Shown here piece by piece: positions 1 through 9,098 of a stretch of 64,000 bases of DNA; the first letter of the stretch is position 1; each line of letters starts with the position of its first letter. The stretch spans positions 64,001-128,000 of the forward strand of contig CBDCQT010000013.1 in NCBI GenBank assembly GCA_965220745.1, given 5' to 3'. The position numbers and the translations under genes were made by a program. The stretch is from Alphaproteobacteria bacterium (GTDB lineage Bacteria; Pseudomonadota; Alphaproteobacteria; UBA828). Under the pieces are notes generated by a model. That model ran no database searches, was not told the DNA's origin, and was given only the letters and a program-made list of their open reading frames with translations.

Positions 1-425
1 TTATGTTGGTAAGTCAGAATCCGAATTCGAACCTGATCGCCGAGCGCCTTTTGGAGCGCGTCGTATCGCGGCATCACGAAAAGGTGCGATATCTCGTCGG
101 AGCAGGCGATCACCAGCTCCACTTGCTCGACAGACGATAGTTCGGCGACTTCGGCAGCGCCCGCATGGATAGCGCCGAGGCCGATGGCGACGGCGTCACG
201 ATAGCGGCTGCCGGCGTCGGTCAGGCTCACCCCGGTCCGCGACCGATGGAACAGTCGAGTGGAAAGTTGCCGCTCCAGGCTCGCAATGTGGCGGCTGATG
301 GCAGATTGGGACGTGCGCAGCTCCCGAGCGGCACGCGAGAAATTGCCGTGCCGCGCGGCGCTCTCGAAAGCGATCAGAGCACTCGTCGGCGGAATCCGGT
401 ATGGCCCGCGGCGACTCATGTCCAT
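1..425 (-). CDS. LysR-family transcriptional regulator (GcvA-like), runs off left edge of window
   Basis: Not in the ORF track. Manual translation from ATG at 425: MDMSRRGPYRIPPTSALIAFESAARHGNFSRAARELRTSQSAISRHIASLERQLSTRLFHRS..., a typical LysR HTH. The frame is open to the window edge. Confidence 0.9.
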   Translation of the reverse strand, partial: MDMSRRGPYRIPPTSALIAFESAARHGNFSRAARELRTSQSAISRHIASLERQLSTRLFHRSRTGVSLTDAGSRYRDAVAIGLGAIHAGAAEVAELSSVEQVELVIACSDEISHLFVMPRYDALQKALGDQVRIRILTYQH

Positions 426-1027
426 TGTGGTATACTCTTGGAGTCCAAATGGCAATAATTCGCTGCGGTCTCAATATAATTAATGCGGCAACATATCAGG
501 AGGAATACTCGTTATATCGAGATTGACATCAATTGTATTTGCTGAGAGACTGGTTCTATATTGGATTTTCTAATGACCCTGCTTCCAAAATCGAGCAAGG
601 TCATCAGGCAAGGTGGTGGCACCTCGGGCCGGAGGCGGTTCCGAAAAGAGACAACATCGGACCCTGAGGGAATTTCAGGTACGTCTGTAAGTGCAGGGAC
701 CGATTAACTCTCACCCGACAGCTGGTCGAAGCGGAAACCTCGCGAAGATGAGGGGTGCGAAACTCGTTCGCGCACCTTCCCCGCACAGAATGTTCATCTG
801 CGGTTCTGCCGGAAGGCAGATCGAACCCATTCACATCGACGTCGAATAACAACCCAACTCGGTCTTGATCATGGCCCTTCAGGAGTTCTCCCTCGGTTGC
901 CGCGTATTTCGTTGGATCGACACTTGTCGAACGACCTTCCCCGCTTCCGCGCTTGCCGCTTGACCCTTCGCCTCCCGCTGCCAAGCTGACACGAAAGCGG
1001 CGGGCACGGACGAAGAGGAGACGAGCG

Positions 1028-1879
1028 ATGGAAGGCAAGCTCTGCGTCGTCACCGGCGCGACCGACGGGATCGGACGCGTCACTGCGCGGGCGCTGGCCG
1101 AGCGAGGTGCCGAGGTCGTGCTCGTGGGGCGCAACGCCGCCAAGGGCGCGGAGGTCTGCAAGGCAATCCATCGCTCGTCGCGCAACAACCGCGTGCGCTT
1201 CGAGCAGGCGGACCTATCGAGGCAGGCCGAGATCAGGGCGTTGGCAAAGCGCCTCACCGAGGGCGGCACCGCCATCGACGTGCTGGTGAACAACGTCGGC
1301 GCAATATTCAATCGCCGGCGTGAAAGCGCGGACGGCATCGAGATGACCTTCGCCCTCAACCATCTGGGCTACTTCCTGCTGACCGGGCTCTTGCTGGAGA
1401 GTCTGAAGGCGAGTGCCGTCGCCCGCATCGTCAACGTCGCCTCCGAGGCCCATCGTGGCGGACAGATGGACCTGGAAGACCCGCAGGGGACGAAACGCTA
1501 CAGCGGCTGGCGCGCCTATCAGCAGAGCAAGCTCGCGAACGTCCTCTTCACCTACCGCCTCGCGGCGCTGCTGGAGGGGACGCCCGTCACGGCGAACTGC
1601 CTGCACCCCGGATTCGTTGCCAGCAAGTTCGGGCAGAACAACGGCTGGCTCTTCTCCACGTTTCTGAAGACCATCATGCGCTTCTCCGCGATCGACGTGG
1701 AGGCCGGCGCGCGCACCAGCGTCCATGTTGCGACCAGCGCGGATGTCGAAGGCGTCTCCGGCCGCTATTTCGACAAGTCCCACGAAACTACGAGTTCTCT
1801 CGTCTCGCGCGACGAAGAGACTGCGCTCCGCCTGTGGGAGCTCAGCGAGAGCCTGACCGGCTTTCGGATTTTGTCTTGA
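1028..1879 (+). CDS. Short-chain dehydrogenase/reductase, retinol-dehydrogenase-like
   Basis: TGATDGIG, NNVG and YQQSK (YxxxK) motifs. ATG at 1028 preceded by GAGGAG RBS. Confidence 0.9.
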   Translation: MEGKLCVVTGATDGIGRVTARALAERGAEVVLVGRNAAKGAEVCKAIHRSSRNNRVRFEQADLSRQAEIRALAKRLTEGGTAIDVLVNNVGAIFNRRRESADGIEMTFALNHLGYFLLTGLLLESLKASAVARIVNVASEAHRGGQMDLEDPQGTKRYSGWRAYQQSKLANVLFTYRLAALLEGTPVTANCLHPGFVASKFGQNNGWLFSTFLKTIMRFSAIDVEAGARTSVHVATSADVEGVSGRYFDKSHETTSSLVSRDEETALRLWELSESLTGFRILS

Positions 1880-2000
1880 ACGCTGGGGAAACGGCTGTCT
1901 CAATACTTTGTATCGGGACCTGACGGGAGGCCGTTGCACTTGGCCGGATAGTTGATATACACATCACTTCAAGAGTGGTTCGCAAGAAGGAAACAAACGA

Positions 2001-2450
2001 ATGGTAGAGAGTCATAATGGAAGGATGTCGATATTTCTGAACATCTGCGCAGTTATTATTTCCCTTTTGTTGTTCTACTCAACACCTGTCGGTGGGCAGG
2101 ACGCTGAATCGGAAGCGTGGCTCGCATTGGAAATGTGGGAACCTTTGTCGATTGAACAGAATGGTCCAAGCCTGGTGGTAACAGCCAAGGAGCGAAGCGT
2201 CACCCAGACCATCTATACTGCAATGATCGGTTTTGGCATTTGTCTATATGTTGTAACTGGCGAAATTGAACTTCCGGGAATTTCGGAAATCGTCGTTCTC
2301 AATCGGTTTAGAGCGTCCGGATGGGTATTCGAAGGCGGTCAATCTTCCTGTACACAGATGGCAAACGTTCCCACTTCTAAGTTAGATCTATTAATACTTG
2401 GTCAATCACATATGTACTCCTGCTCATCTGGGCGCGACTGCAAATATTAA
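2001..2450 (+). CDS. Hypothetical exported protein, low GC
   Basis: 149-aa ORF with AAGGA RBS and an N-terminal hydrophobic stretch (IFLNICAVIISLLLFY). Several Cys. No family recognised. Confidence 0.6.
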   Translation: MVESHNGRMSIFLNICAVIISLLLFYSTPVGGQDAESEAWLALEMWEPLSIEQNGPSLVVTAKERSVTQTIYTAMIGFGICLYVVTGEIELPGISEIVVLNRFRASGWVFEGGQSSCTQMANVPTSKLDLLILGQSHMYSCSSGRDCKY

Positions 2451-2513
2451 CCGTCGCTGCCCACCGGTAGCCTGACTTGAGCGAACGGGCTTCCGGGGCG
2501 CCGTAGGTAGGCA

Positions 2514-3446
2514 CTATTCCCCCGCGTCGCGGAGGTGCGCGGCGAGGCCCATGAGGCGGCGGTCGCGCCATGCCTGGCGCCCGGTGTGGTCCTCCATGGG
2601 CAACCGCTCCCGGCGCTCCTGGTGCGCCTTGAAAACCACCGCGTCGGACCAGGGCTGGGCCGGCTCCCCCTGCTTCACGAACTCGTAGAAGCCCTCGCCG
2701 AGGCGCGCGCAGAAGTCGGCGAGGCCGCCCGGCGCGTTCAGGTCGATGGTCTCGAACGGCCCGATGAATGACCAGCGACGGCCGAGGCCGGCCGAGATCG
2801 TCGTGTCGATATCCTTCGCCGTGGCGTAGCCGCCTTCCAGCAGACGGAAGGCTTCCCACAAGAGCGCCGCCTGCAGCCGGTTGGCGATGAAGCCGTCGAT
2901 CTCGCGCGTGAGCCTGACCGGCTCCATGCCGGCGGCTTCCATCAGCGCCCAGCAGCGCGTGACCGTCTCTTCCTCGGTCCAGGGCGCCGGCACGATCTCG
3001 ACGAGCGGGATCACATAGGGCGGGTTGATGGGATGCGCGATCAGGCAGCGCGGGGCTATGCCCAACCCCTCGGTGAAGGTCGACGCGGGAATCCCTGAGG
3101 ACGACGAGCCCACGACCAGCGCCGGCCCGGCGATGCCGTCGATCTGCTCGTACACCGCGCGCTTCACGTCGGCGCGCTCGAACACGCTCTCTTGTGCGTA
3201 GGCCGCGCCGTCGAGGGCATCGGCGAGCCCGGTAGAAATGGAGATGCGCGCCCGCGCGGCCGCAGGATCGTCGATCAGCCCGTGGCCTTGGAGGGCCTCG
3301 AGGTTGGTCTCGATGCGCGCGAGCGCGGCCTCGCACTGGCCTTCCGTCCCGTCGTAGAGCGCGACCCGGTGGCCCGCGCGGGCGAAGACGATCGCCCAGG
3401 CGCTGCCGACCAGGCCGGCACCGACAATCGCGATCTTGTCTGGCAT
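2514..3446 (-). CDS. 3-hydroxyacyl-CoA dehydrogenase family protein (lambda-crystallin / carnitine dehydrogenase-like)
   Basis: GAGLVG Rossmann motif, QESVFE, AHPINPPY, GFIANRLQ, GPFETIDLN. Confidence 0.88.
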   Translation of the reverse strand: MPDKIAIVGAGLVGSAWAIVFARAGHRVALYDGTEGQCEAALARIETNLEALQGHGLIDDPAAARARISISTGLADALDGAAYAQESVFERADVKRAVYEQIDGIAGPALVVGSSSSGIPASTFTEGLGIAPRCLIAHPINPPYVIPLVEIVPAPWTEEETVTRCWALMEAAGMEPVRLTREIDGFIANRLQAALLWEAFRLLEGGYATAKDIDTTISAGLGRRWSFIGPFETIDLNAPGGLADFCARLGEGFYEFVKQGEPAQPWSDAVVFKAHQERRERLPMEDHTGRQAWRDRRLMGLAAHLRDAGE

Positions 3447-3458
3447 GGCGGTCTCTCC

Positions 3459-4508
<1,050 letters not shown>

Positions 4509-4513
4509 CGCCC

Positions 4514-4876
4514 TTACGCTCGCCGCCGGGCGGCGCGGCCCCCGGCGGCTGGCGCTGCCTCGAGCCGTTCCACCAGGGCGGGGTCGAGCGGGTCGGGCGC
4601 GTACCCGACCAGACCCTCGACTGCGGCCCAGAGCGTAGGCAGGTCCGTCGCCATCTCGGTCGCGCCGCCGCTCCGCCTATGCACCATGTATTGCGCGCCG
4701 GCCCAGTCGTCGGCGGTGCAGCCGTAGGCGCCCAGCACGCGGTTCAGCAGCGCGAGGCGGCGCGTGCGCTCCAGGTGCCGCTCCCGGCCGGTCGGCGCCG
4801 CGTCGCTCCGGCCCGCATCGGTGCCTGCCTCAGTCCAGTGCGGGCCGTCGGTGAGGACGCCGCAGAGCGCGCACAT
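4514..4876 (-). CDS. Small conserved hypothetical protein with N-terminal MCxxCG...HW motif
   Basis: 120-aa ORF tightly packed between the deacetylase and the COG0523 gene. Begins MCALCGVLTDGPHW and has C-terminal DPLDP. Confidence 0.8.
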   Translation of the reverse strand: MCALCGVLTDGPHWTEAGTDAGRSDAAPTGRERHLERTRRLALLNRVLGAYGCTADDWAGAQYMVHRRSGGATEMATDLPTLWAAVEGLVGYAPDPLDPALVERLEAAPAAGGRAARRRA

Positions 4877-4890
4877 CGCGGGCGAGCGGC

Positions 4891-5793
4891 CTACTTCTTC
4901 CGTTGCCGCTTGCCCTTGAACGGACGGCGCTTGATGAAGTCGTCGGCGATCTCGTCGAAGGTCGCCCAGATCACCCCCTCATGGTTGGCGATGTGGGCGA
5001 TGATCCGCTCCAGCATCAGCAGTGTCTGCGGCCGGCCGGAGATGTCGGGGTGGATGGTGAGCGTGTAGACCGCGTAGTCCATCTCCCGATAGACCCAGTC
5101 GAACTGATCGCGCCACCAGTCCTCGATGTCGCGCGGGTTGGTCCAGCCGCCGGAGTTCGGCACCTTCTTCATGAACATCATCGGCGGCAGATCGTCGAGG
5201 TACCAGCTGCCGGGGATCTGCACGATGGGGAATGTGGTGCCCTTCTTCATCGGCTTCATCCACGACTTCGCCGGCTTGGAATAGTCGATCAACGTCCACT
5301 CCTCGTTGATCCGCATCCAGTAGGGCTCGAAGTCATTGTGCATCTGGCTGTGGTCGTACTTGATGCCGCGCTCCATCAGCAGGTGCGGCGTGTACGCGCT
5401 CATCTCCCACCAGGGTGCGACATAGCCCGTGGGCGCCTTGCCGGCGAGCTTGGTGACCAGATCCAGGGACTTGTCGAGGACGTCCGCCTCCTGCTCGGGC
5501 GTCATGGCGATCGGGTTCTCGTGGGTGTAGCCGTGCATCCCGATCTCGTGCCCCGCCGCCGCGACCGCCTTCATCTCCCTGGGGAAGGTCTCGATCGAAT
5601 GGCCGGGAATGAACCAGCTGGTCTGAATGCCCACCCGGTCGAACAGCTTGAGCATGCGGGGGGTTCCGACCTCGGAGGCGAACACGCCCCGCGAGATGTC
5701 GCTCGGCGAATCGCCGCCGGCATAGGAGCCGATCTGCCCTGCCACCGAATCGACGTCCACGCCGATCCCCACGAAGATTTCCTTCTTGGCCAT
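4891..5793 (-). CDS. Carbohydrate esterase 4 / polysaccharide deacetylase family protein (HP0310 PgdA / PuuE-like)
   Basis: [37 protein letters not shown] (HxxxH metal site), [28 protein letters not shown]. No signal peptide. Confidence 0.92.
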   Translation of the reverse strand: MAKKEIFVGIGVDVDSVAGQIGSYAGGDSPSDISRGVFASEVGTPRMLKLFDRVGIQTSWFIPGHSIETFPREMKAVAAAGHEIGMHGYTHENPIAMTPEQEADVLDKSLDLVTKLAGKAPTGYVAPWWEMSAYTPHLLMERGIKYDHSQMHNDFEPYWMRINEEWTLIDYSKPAKSWMKPMKKGTTFPIVQIPGSWYLDDLPPMMFMKKVPNSGGWTNPRDIEDWWRDQFDWVYREMDYAVYTLTIHPDISGRPQTLLMLERIIAHIANHEGVIWATFDEIADDFIKRRPFKGKRQRKK

Positions 5794-5880
5794 CGCGACC
5801 TCCTCTCGGCTTGATTGGCGCGGAGACTATGAGAGCCGGGGGGCGCTGACAACCGGTGCCGATCCGGCGGCGCAGGAGGA

Positions 5881-5940
5881 GAGGTGGGATTTGCCGAGAT
5901 TAAGTGGGATTGAGTGGGATTAGGCGGGATGAGTGGGATT
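5881..5940. repeat. Six ~10-bp tandem units ending in G(G/A)GAT; contains a G3N7G3N7G3N6G3 motif on the + strand
   Basis: gaggtgggat ttgccgagat taagtgggat tgagtgggat taggcgggat gagtgggat, read directly. Confidence 0.8.
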
Positions 5941-6002
5941 CCTCGGGACGAGCGGCGGCCTGCGCGGGCTGCGGCCACTTGACCGGGAAACGCTATCTTG
6001 CC

Positions 6003-6017
6003 GCAACTGCGGTGCCC
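6003..6017 (-). promoter_or_regulatory. Candidate sigma-54 (-24/-12) promoter for the deacetylase operon
   Basis: Minus strand reads gGGCACcgcagTTGC (consensus TGGCAC-N5-TTGC). Intergenic and pointing toward the ATG at 5793. Confidence 0.45.
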
Positions 6018-6100
6018 TGTTCACCTTCGTTTCGCATGGCGCGAGTCTGGCGCGGACTGCAGGCATCGTGCACCGCACCATGGTCCGGGGCAAGGGTCGG

Positions 6101-7504
6101 CTACCCCTCGAGACCCGGAGGCACGCGCAGGTGCCAGTCGGTGGCCTGCTCGTAGGCCCAGCCGATGCGAAGCGCCGTCGCCTCGTCCCGGCCGCAGCAG
6201 ACGATGTGCAGCGAGGTCGGCAGGCCGTTCGCCGCAGCACCGTTTGGCACCACGAGGGCGCACAACTCCAGCCAGTTGACCATGCGTGTGAAGTGGGCGG
6301 GCGTCTGGGTCTGGTCGATCTCGTCTACCACTGGCGCAGGCGTCAGCGTGCCCGGCGTGAGCAGGGCGTCGAATCCCTCCATCGCCGCGAGCGCGGCCCG
6401 CTTGTCCTCGTCCCGCGCACGCATCATCGCCATGTATTCGACGGCGGAGACGCCGCGGCCGAGCTGGATGCGCGGGCGCACGTCGTCGTCGATGCGGAGC
6501 GACTCGTTGTCCACCAGCGCACCGACGTGGAAGTAGCCCTCCGTGCCGATCAGCTTGCCCACGCTGTTGCCGTATTCGGCGACGGAGCGCGGCAGCGCCA
6601 GCGTCTCGCACCGCGCACCGGCCTGCTCCAGAACCTCCACGGAGGCGTCAAAGGCCGCGAGCATCTCGGCATCCACGCCGTGCCGCTCGGCCTCGGCCAT
6701 GACGCCCAGGCGAAGCCCGGCGACGCCCCGTTGCAATGCGGGGAACACATCGGCGGGCACATGGCGCCGCGTCGCCGGGTCGGCGGGATCGGGCCCCTGC
6801 AGCACCGTGTATAAGTGCGCCGCGTCCTCTACCGTCCGCGTCATGGGGCCGGGCGTGTCGAGGGAGTGCGAGAGCGGCGCCACCCCGGCCGCGCTCACCT
6901 GCCCGATGGTCACCTTGAGGCCGGCGAGCCCGCACCAGGCGGATGGAATGCGCACGGAACCGCCGGTGTCGGTGCCGATGGCCCAGGGCGCGAGGCGCGC
7001 GGCGACGGAGACGCCCGAGCCGCTGCTGGAGCCACCTGGGGCGCGGTGCACCTCGGCATCCCACGGATTGCGCGGCGTCCCCATGTGCCGGTTGGTGCCC
7101 CAGCCACCCATGGCGAATTCCACGGTGTTGGCCTTGCCGATGACGATCATTCCGGCCTCGATCAGCCGGCGCGCGAGCGTCGCGGTCGTGGGCGAGACCC
7201 GGTCCGCCCAGTGCCTGCTGCCGATCGTGGTGATGCGGCCCTCGATGTCGATGATGTCCTTCAGCGCGATCGGCACCCCGTGCCAGGGGCCGATGCCGTG
7301 CCCTGAGCGGATGGCCTTGTGCGCGGCCTCGGCCGCGGCGCGCGCTTCGTCCCGGTAGACCGCGGCGAAGGCGTGCAGTCGCTCCTCGTGCGCGTCGATC
7401 TGGTCGAGCAGGGCGTCCACGAGATCGACCGGGCTGAGCCGCCCGGCCTGGATCGCCCCGCTGGCTTCGGTCGCAGTGAGGAACGCCGGATTCGATGACG
7501 ACAT
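6101..7504 (-). CDS. Amidase-signature family amidase
   Basis: GVPIALKD, PGGSSSGSG and GTDTGGSVRIP (Ser-cisSer-Lys triad). Confidence 0.93.
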   Translation of the reverse strand: MSSSNPAFLTATEASGAIQAGRLSPVDLVDALLDQIDAHEERLHAFAAVYRDEARAAAEAAHKAIRSGHGIGPWHGVPIALKDIIDIEGRITTIGSRHWADRVSPTTATLARRLIEAGMIVIGKANTVEFAMGGWGTNRHMGTPRNPWDAEVHRAPGGSSSGSGVSVAARLAPWAIGTDTGGSVRIPSAWCGLAGLKVTIGQVSAAGVAPLSHSLDTPGPMTRTVEDAAHLYTVLQGPDPADPATRRHVPADVFPALQRGVAGLRLGVMAEAERHGVDAEMLAAFDASVEVLEQAGARCETLALPRSVAEYGNSVGKLIGTEGYFHVGALVDNESLRIDDDVRPRIQLGRGVSAVEYMAMMRARDEDKRAALAAMEGFDALLTPGTLTPAPVVDEIDQTQTPAHFTRMVNWLELCALVVPNGAAANGLPTSLHIVCCGRDEATALRIGWAYEQATDWHLRVPPGLEG

Positions 7505-7558
7505 GGAAGACTCCCTGAACGATGTGTGCGTCGAGGCTCGGGGTAGGGGCGCTGCCGT

Positions 7559-7993
7559 TTATGCGGCTCGCTCGTCCTGGGCCTGCTTGTCCGCCGCGCC
7601 GGTCTCGGGCCCCAGGTCTTCGCCGTAGTGCGTGATGGCGCCGGTGGTGTGGAAGGTCTCCCACGCCACGCCCTCGGGGTCGAAGACCCAAGTCTTGTCA
7701 CCGCGCGCGTAGCAGCAGTTCGCGTCCGCCTGATCGACGTGGCGCTCGCCCGCCGCCTTGAGCCGCCCGGCAAGCGTATCCAGCTCGTCAGCGCTCTCGG
7801 TCTGGATGCCGAGATGGTCGACGCCGGGGCTGCCGCAGCGCGTCGAGATCGAGAGGTTGAGGCGGGGATCCTCCAGCATCCACTTCGCGTAGTCCTGCTT
7901 CAGCACTGTCGGCCCGGTGCCGAAGAGGGTCGTGTAGAACCCAACCGAGCGCTTGAGGTCGGTGACCGTGATGTTGATGTGGACGCGCTTCAT
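7559..7993 (-). CDS. arsI: ArsI/CadI-family VOC metalloenzyme (C-As lyase-like)
   Basis: MKRVH..., DYAKWMLEDPRLNL, DHLGIQ, vicinal CCYA, KTWVFDPEGVAWETF. ATG at 7993 with GAGGA RBS. Confidence 0.85.
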   Translation of the reverse strand: MKRVHINITVTDLKRSVGFYTTLFGTGPTVLKQDYAKWMLEDPRLNLSISTRCGSPGVDHLGIQTESADELDTLAGRLKAAGERHVDQADANCCYARGDKTWVFDPEGVAWETFHTTGAITHYGEDLGPETGAADKQAQDERAA

Positions 7994-8100
7994 GATCCTC
8001 ACTCCGCCGCCTGCAGCCCGCGCCGGCAGTGATACTCCGATCCACCGGCCCGTGCTACTGCAGTGCGCGTCGGGTATCAGTGACGCCGGCGATCGCCCGA

Positions 8101-8126
8101 CCCACCTCACCTTGTCCCTCTCGCCG
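8101..8126. repeat. Partial copy of a CIR/RIME/REP-like intergenic repeat
   Basis: cccacctcaccttgtccctctcgccg is close to the reverse complement of 49320-49344 (gcggagagggacagggggaggtggg). Confidence 0.55.
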
Positions 8127-8222
8127 AGCGCGGCTTTGCCTTTGAAAGTCTCCTATCGGAACTGTTCGGGCTGTTCGGTCTGGCGCCGCGCGGGGCGAGC
8201 GTGAAATCTCGCGAGCCTGGGC

Positions 8223-9098
8223 TCAGTCTGACGCGTCGGGTTTCTTCCCGTAGCGCGCTTGCACCGATCGGGCGCGGCCCGCGCGCCGCGCCTGCACGAA
8301 GTAGATCGCAACGAAGCTGATGACGATGACGGCGAGCGAGAACACCGTGGTCATGGTGCCGACCGCATAGAGCGAGGGCGTCGCCGCGGTTCCGGTGACG
8401 GCGACCATCTCGACCGGCAGCGTGTTCGCGGTCCCTGTCACCAGCGAGGTGCGCGGGAATTCGTCGTAGGAGAGGGTGAAGCCGAAGAGGCCGACGGCGA
8501 TCATGCCCGGCGCCATGATCGGAATGACCACGTTGCGCAGATTCTGCCACTCGGTCGCGCCGAGGTCGCGTGCCGCCTCCTCGAGCGAGCGGTCGAAGCG
8601 GGCGAACACCGCCAGCATGATCAGCACCCCGATTGGGATGGTCCAGCTCAGATGGGCGCCAAGCCCGCCGGACCACCACTGCGTCTGCATCTCCAGGTTG
8701 GCGAAGCCGAGGCCGATGCCGAGGCTCACCAGGAAGGAGGGCGCCACCAGGCAGGTGATCACGAGATAAAAGAGCACCGTGCCGCCCACGAAGCCCTTGC
8801 GATAGGCGAGGCCGGCAAGGAACGACACCAGGACCGTCAGCGCCATCACGATCAGCGCCAGAATTACCGAGCGGCCGAAGGGCCAGCGGAAATCGCCGAT
8901 ATAGGTGGGGTCGATGACGTCCTTGAACCAGTGCAGCGAGAACCCGGTCATCGGGAACGTGAGCCCGCCCTGCGGCCCCTGGAAGGAGAGAATCGCGATC
9001 ACCGCGATCGGGCCGTAGAGGAACAGCATGAACAGCCAAAAGAAGATCGTGCGCGGAATGAAGCCCGGCGCACGGCGGACCTTCTCGCCACCCTTCAT
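8223..9098 (-). CDS. ABC transporter permease, PotC-like
   Basis: Multiple TM segments, EAA loop (LEEAARDLGA), FTLSYDEF. Confidence 0.92.
   Translation of the reverse strand: MKGGEKVRRAPGFIPRTIFFWLFMLFLYGPIAVIAILSFQGPQGGLTFPMTGFSLHWFKDVIDPTYIGDFRWPFGRSVILALIVMALTVLVSFLAGLAYRKGFVGGTVLFYLVITCLVAPSFLVSLGIGLGFANLEMQTQWWSGGLGAHLSWTIPIGVLIMLAVFARFDRSLEEAARDLGATEWQNLRNVVIPIMAPGMIAVGLFGFTLSYDEFPRTSLVTGTANTLPVEMVAVTGTAATPSLYAVGTMTTVFSLAVIVISFVAIYFVQARRAGRARSVQARYGKKPDASD

Noticed and set aside
541-720. Glycine riboswitch suggested by GAGAGA, CCGAA, TTTCAGG and AACTCTCA fragments near a GcvA-like regulator
   Set aside because: Spacing and pairing do not build the aptamer (no CTCTCAGG closing P3, no matching P1), and no glycine gene follows.
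604-1359. 251-aa minus-strand ORF
   Set aside because: Mostly the antisense shadow of the SDR gene; no recognisable motifs.
5881-5940. CRISPR array or iterons
   Set aside because: Units are only 10 bp with no unique spacers, and no cas or rep genes are present.
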